From the NCBI GenBank assembly GCA_951406725.2, contig OX597823.1:116560001-116624000 (forward strand): 64,000 bases of DNA. Reading direction: 5' to 3'. Position 1 is the first letter of the stretch. Each line of letters opens with the position of its first letter. Position numbers and translations under genes: made by a program. Below the pieces are notes generated by a model. That model was not told the DNA's origin. It did no database searches and saw only the letters and a list, made by a program, of their open reading frames with translations. This DNA comes from Octopus vulgaris. Its lineage: Eukaryota. This document shows, piece after piece, positions 63,342-64,000 of this stretch.

Positions 63342-63945
63342 GTGGTGAAGCATGACCTTCGAACTTTAGGTCTCACTGAGGAAATGACTAGAGACCGAGT
63401 CCTCTGGAAGTGTGCTGTGCACGAGAAGACCTGGCAGGACAAGTGAGTCCATAACCCGTGGCCTTCTACATGGGATGGAGCCAGCCTACGTATGCATACC
63501 TTCCCTTCTTGGGACACAAAACTCTACTTGTGAAGACCTGTTGAGGCAAGTAAGGATCAGAATCGAAATCGATCAATGGAAATTGCAGATGTGTTACCAG
63601 TGCCGGTGGCATGTAAGAGAACCTTCCGTTTCGCGACCGTTGCCAGCACCGCCCCGTTTCGTGTCCGTTGCCAGCCACGCCTGGCCCTCGTGCCGGTGGC
63701 ACATAAAAAGCACCATCCGTTCGTGGCCGTTTGCCAGCTCTGTCTGGCACCTGTGCGGGTGGCACGTAAAAAGCACCCACTACACTCATGGAGTGGTTGG
63801 CGTTAGGAAGGGCATCCAGCCGTAGAAACACTGCCAGATTTGACTGGGCCTGATGAAGCCTTCTGGCTTCACAGACCCCAGTAGAACCGTCCAACCCATG
63901 CTAGCATGGAAAACGGACGCTAAACAACGATGATGATAATGATGA
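63342..63945 (+). mobile_element. 5'-truncated RTE LINE: ORF C-terminus, 3' UTR and (GAT)n tail
   Basis: VVKHDLRTLGLTEEMTRDRVLWKCAVHEKTWQDK*, then UTR ending CCAACCCATGCTAGCATGGAAAACGGACGCTAAAC and (GAT)n. Confidence 0.85.
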
Positions 63946-64000
63946 TATATATATATATATATTTACAACAAAGTCTTTATTCCCTTAATACCCCATAATT

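Noticed and set aside
63412-63894. Overlapping ORFs of 137-142 aa in GC-richer sequence
   Set aside because: They lie in the RTE 3' UTR, and other copies in the window do not keep the frames.

Overview
A repeat-dense, AT-rich eukaryotic intronic/intergenic window with no protein-coding gene that I can recognise. The long ORFs in the track are microsatellite or repeat read-through. The repeat content (tRNA-Arg-headed and CORE-like SINEs, Meta-domain SINEs, RTE 3' ends with (GAT)n tails, very abundant (TA)/(CA)/(ATT) arrays) points to a cephalopod, most likely Octopus; this is an inference from remembered repeat families, not a search result. Also present: decayed mariner and maT (DD37D) transposons, piggyBac- and Tc2-like MITEs, non-autonomous Helitrons, R4/Dong-type RLE LINE remnants in (TAA)n, and Penelope-like element (PLE) RT and GIY-YIG remnants. 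The most interesting signal, found by folding the sequence by eye, is a set of type-I hammerhead ribozyme motifs in at least seven different short sequence contexts (13.1, 13.5, 19.1, 24.5, 35.8, 40.5 and 60.1 kb, plus degenerate ones). Most lie a short distance upstream of a (TA)n junction and several lie in inverted repeats, as expected for PLE pseudo-LTRs. One carries a compensatory G3:C8 swap of the catalytic core. Repeat boundaries are approximate.
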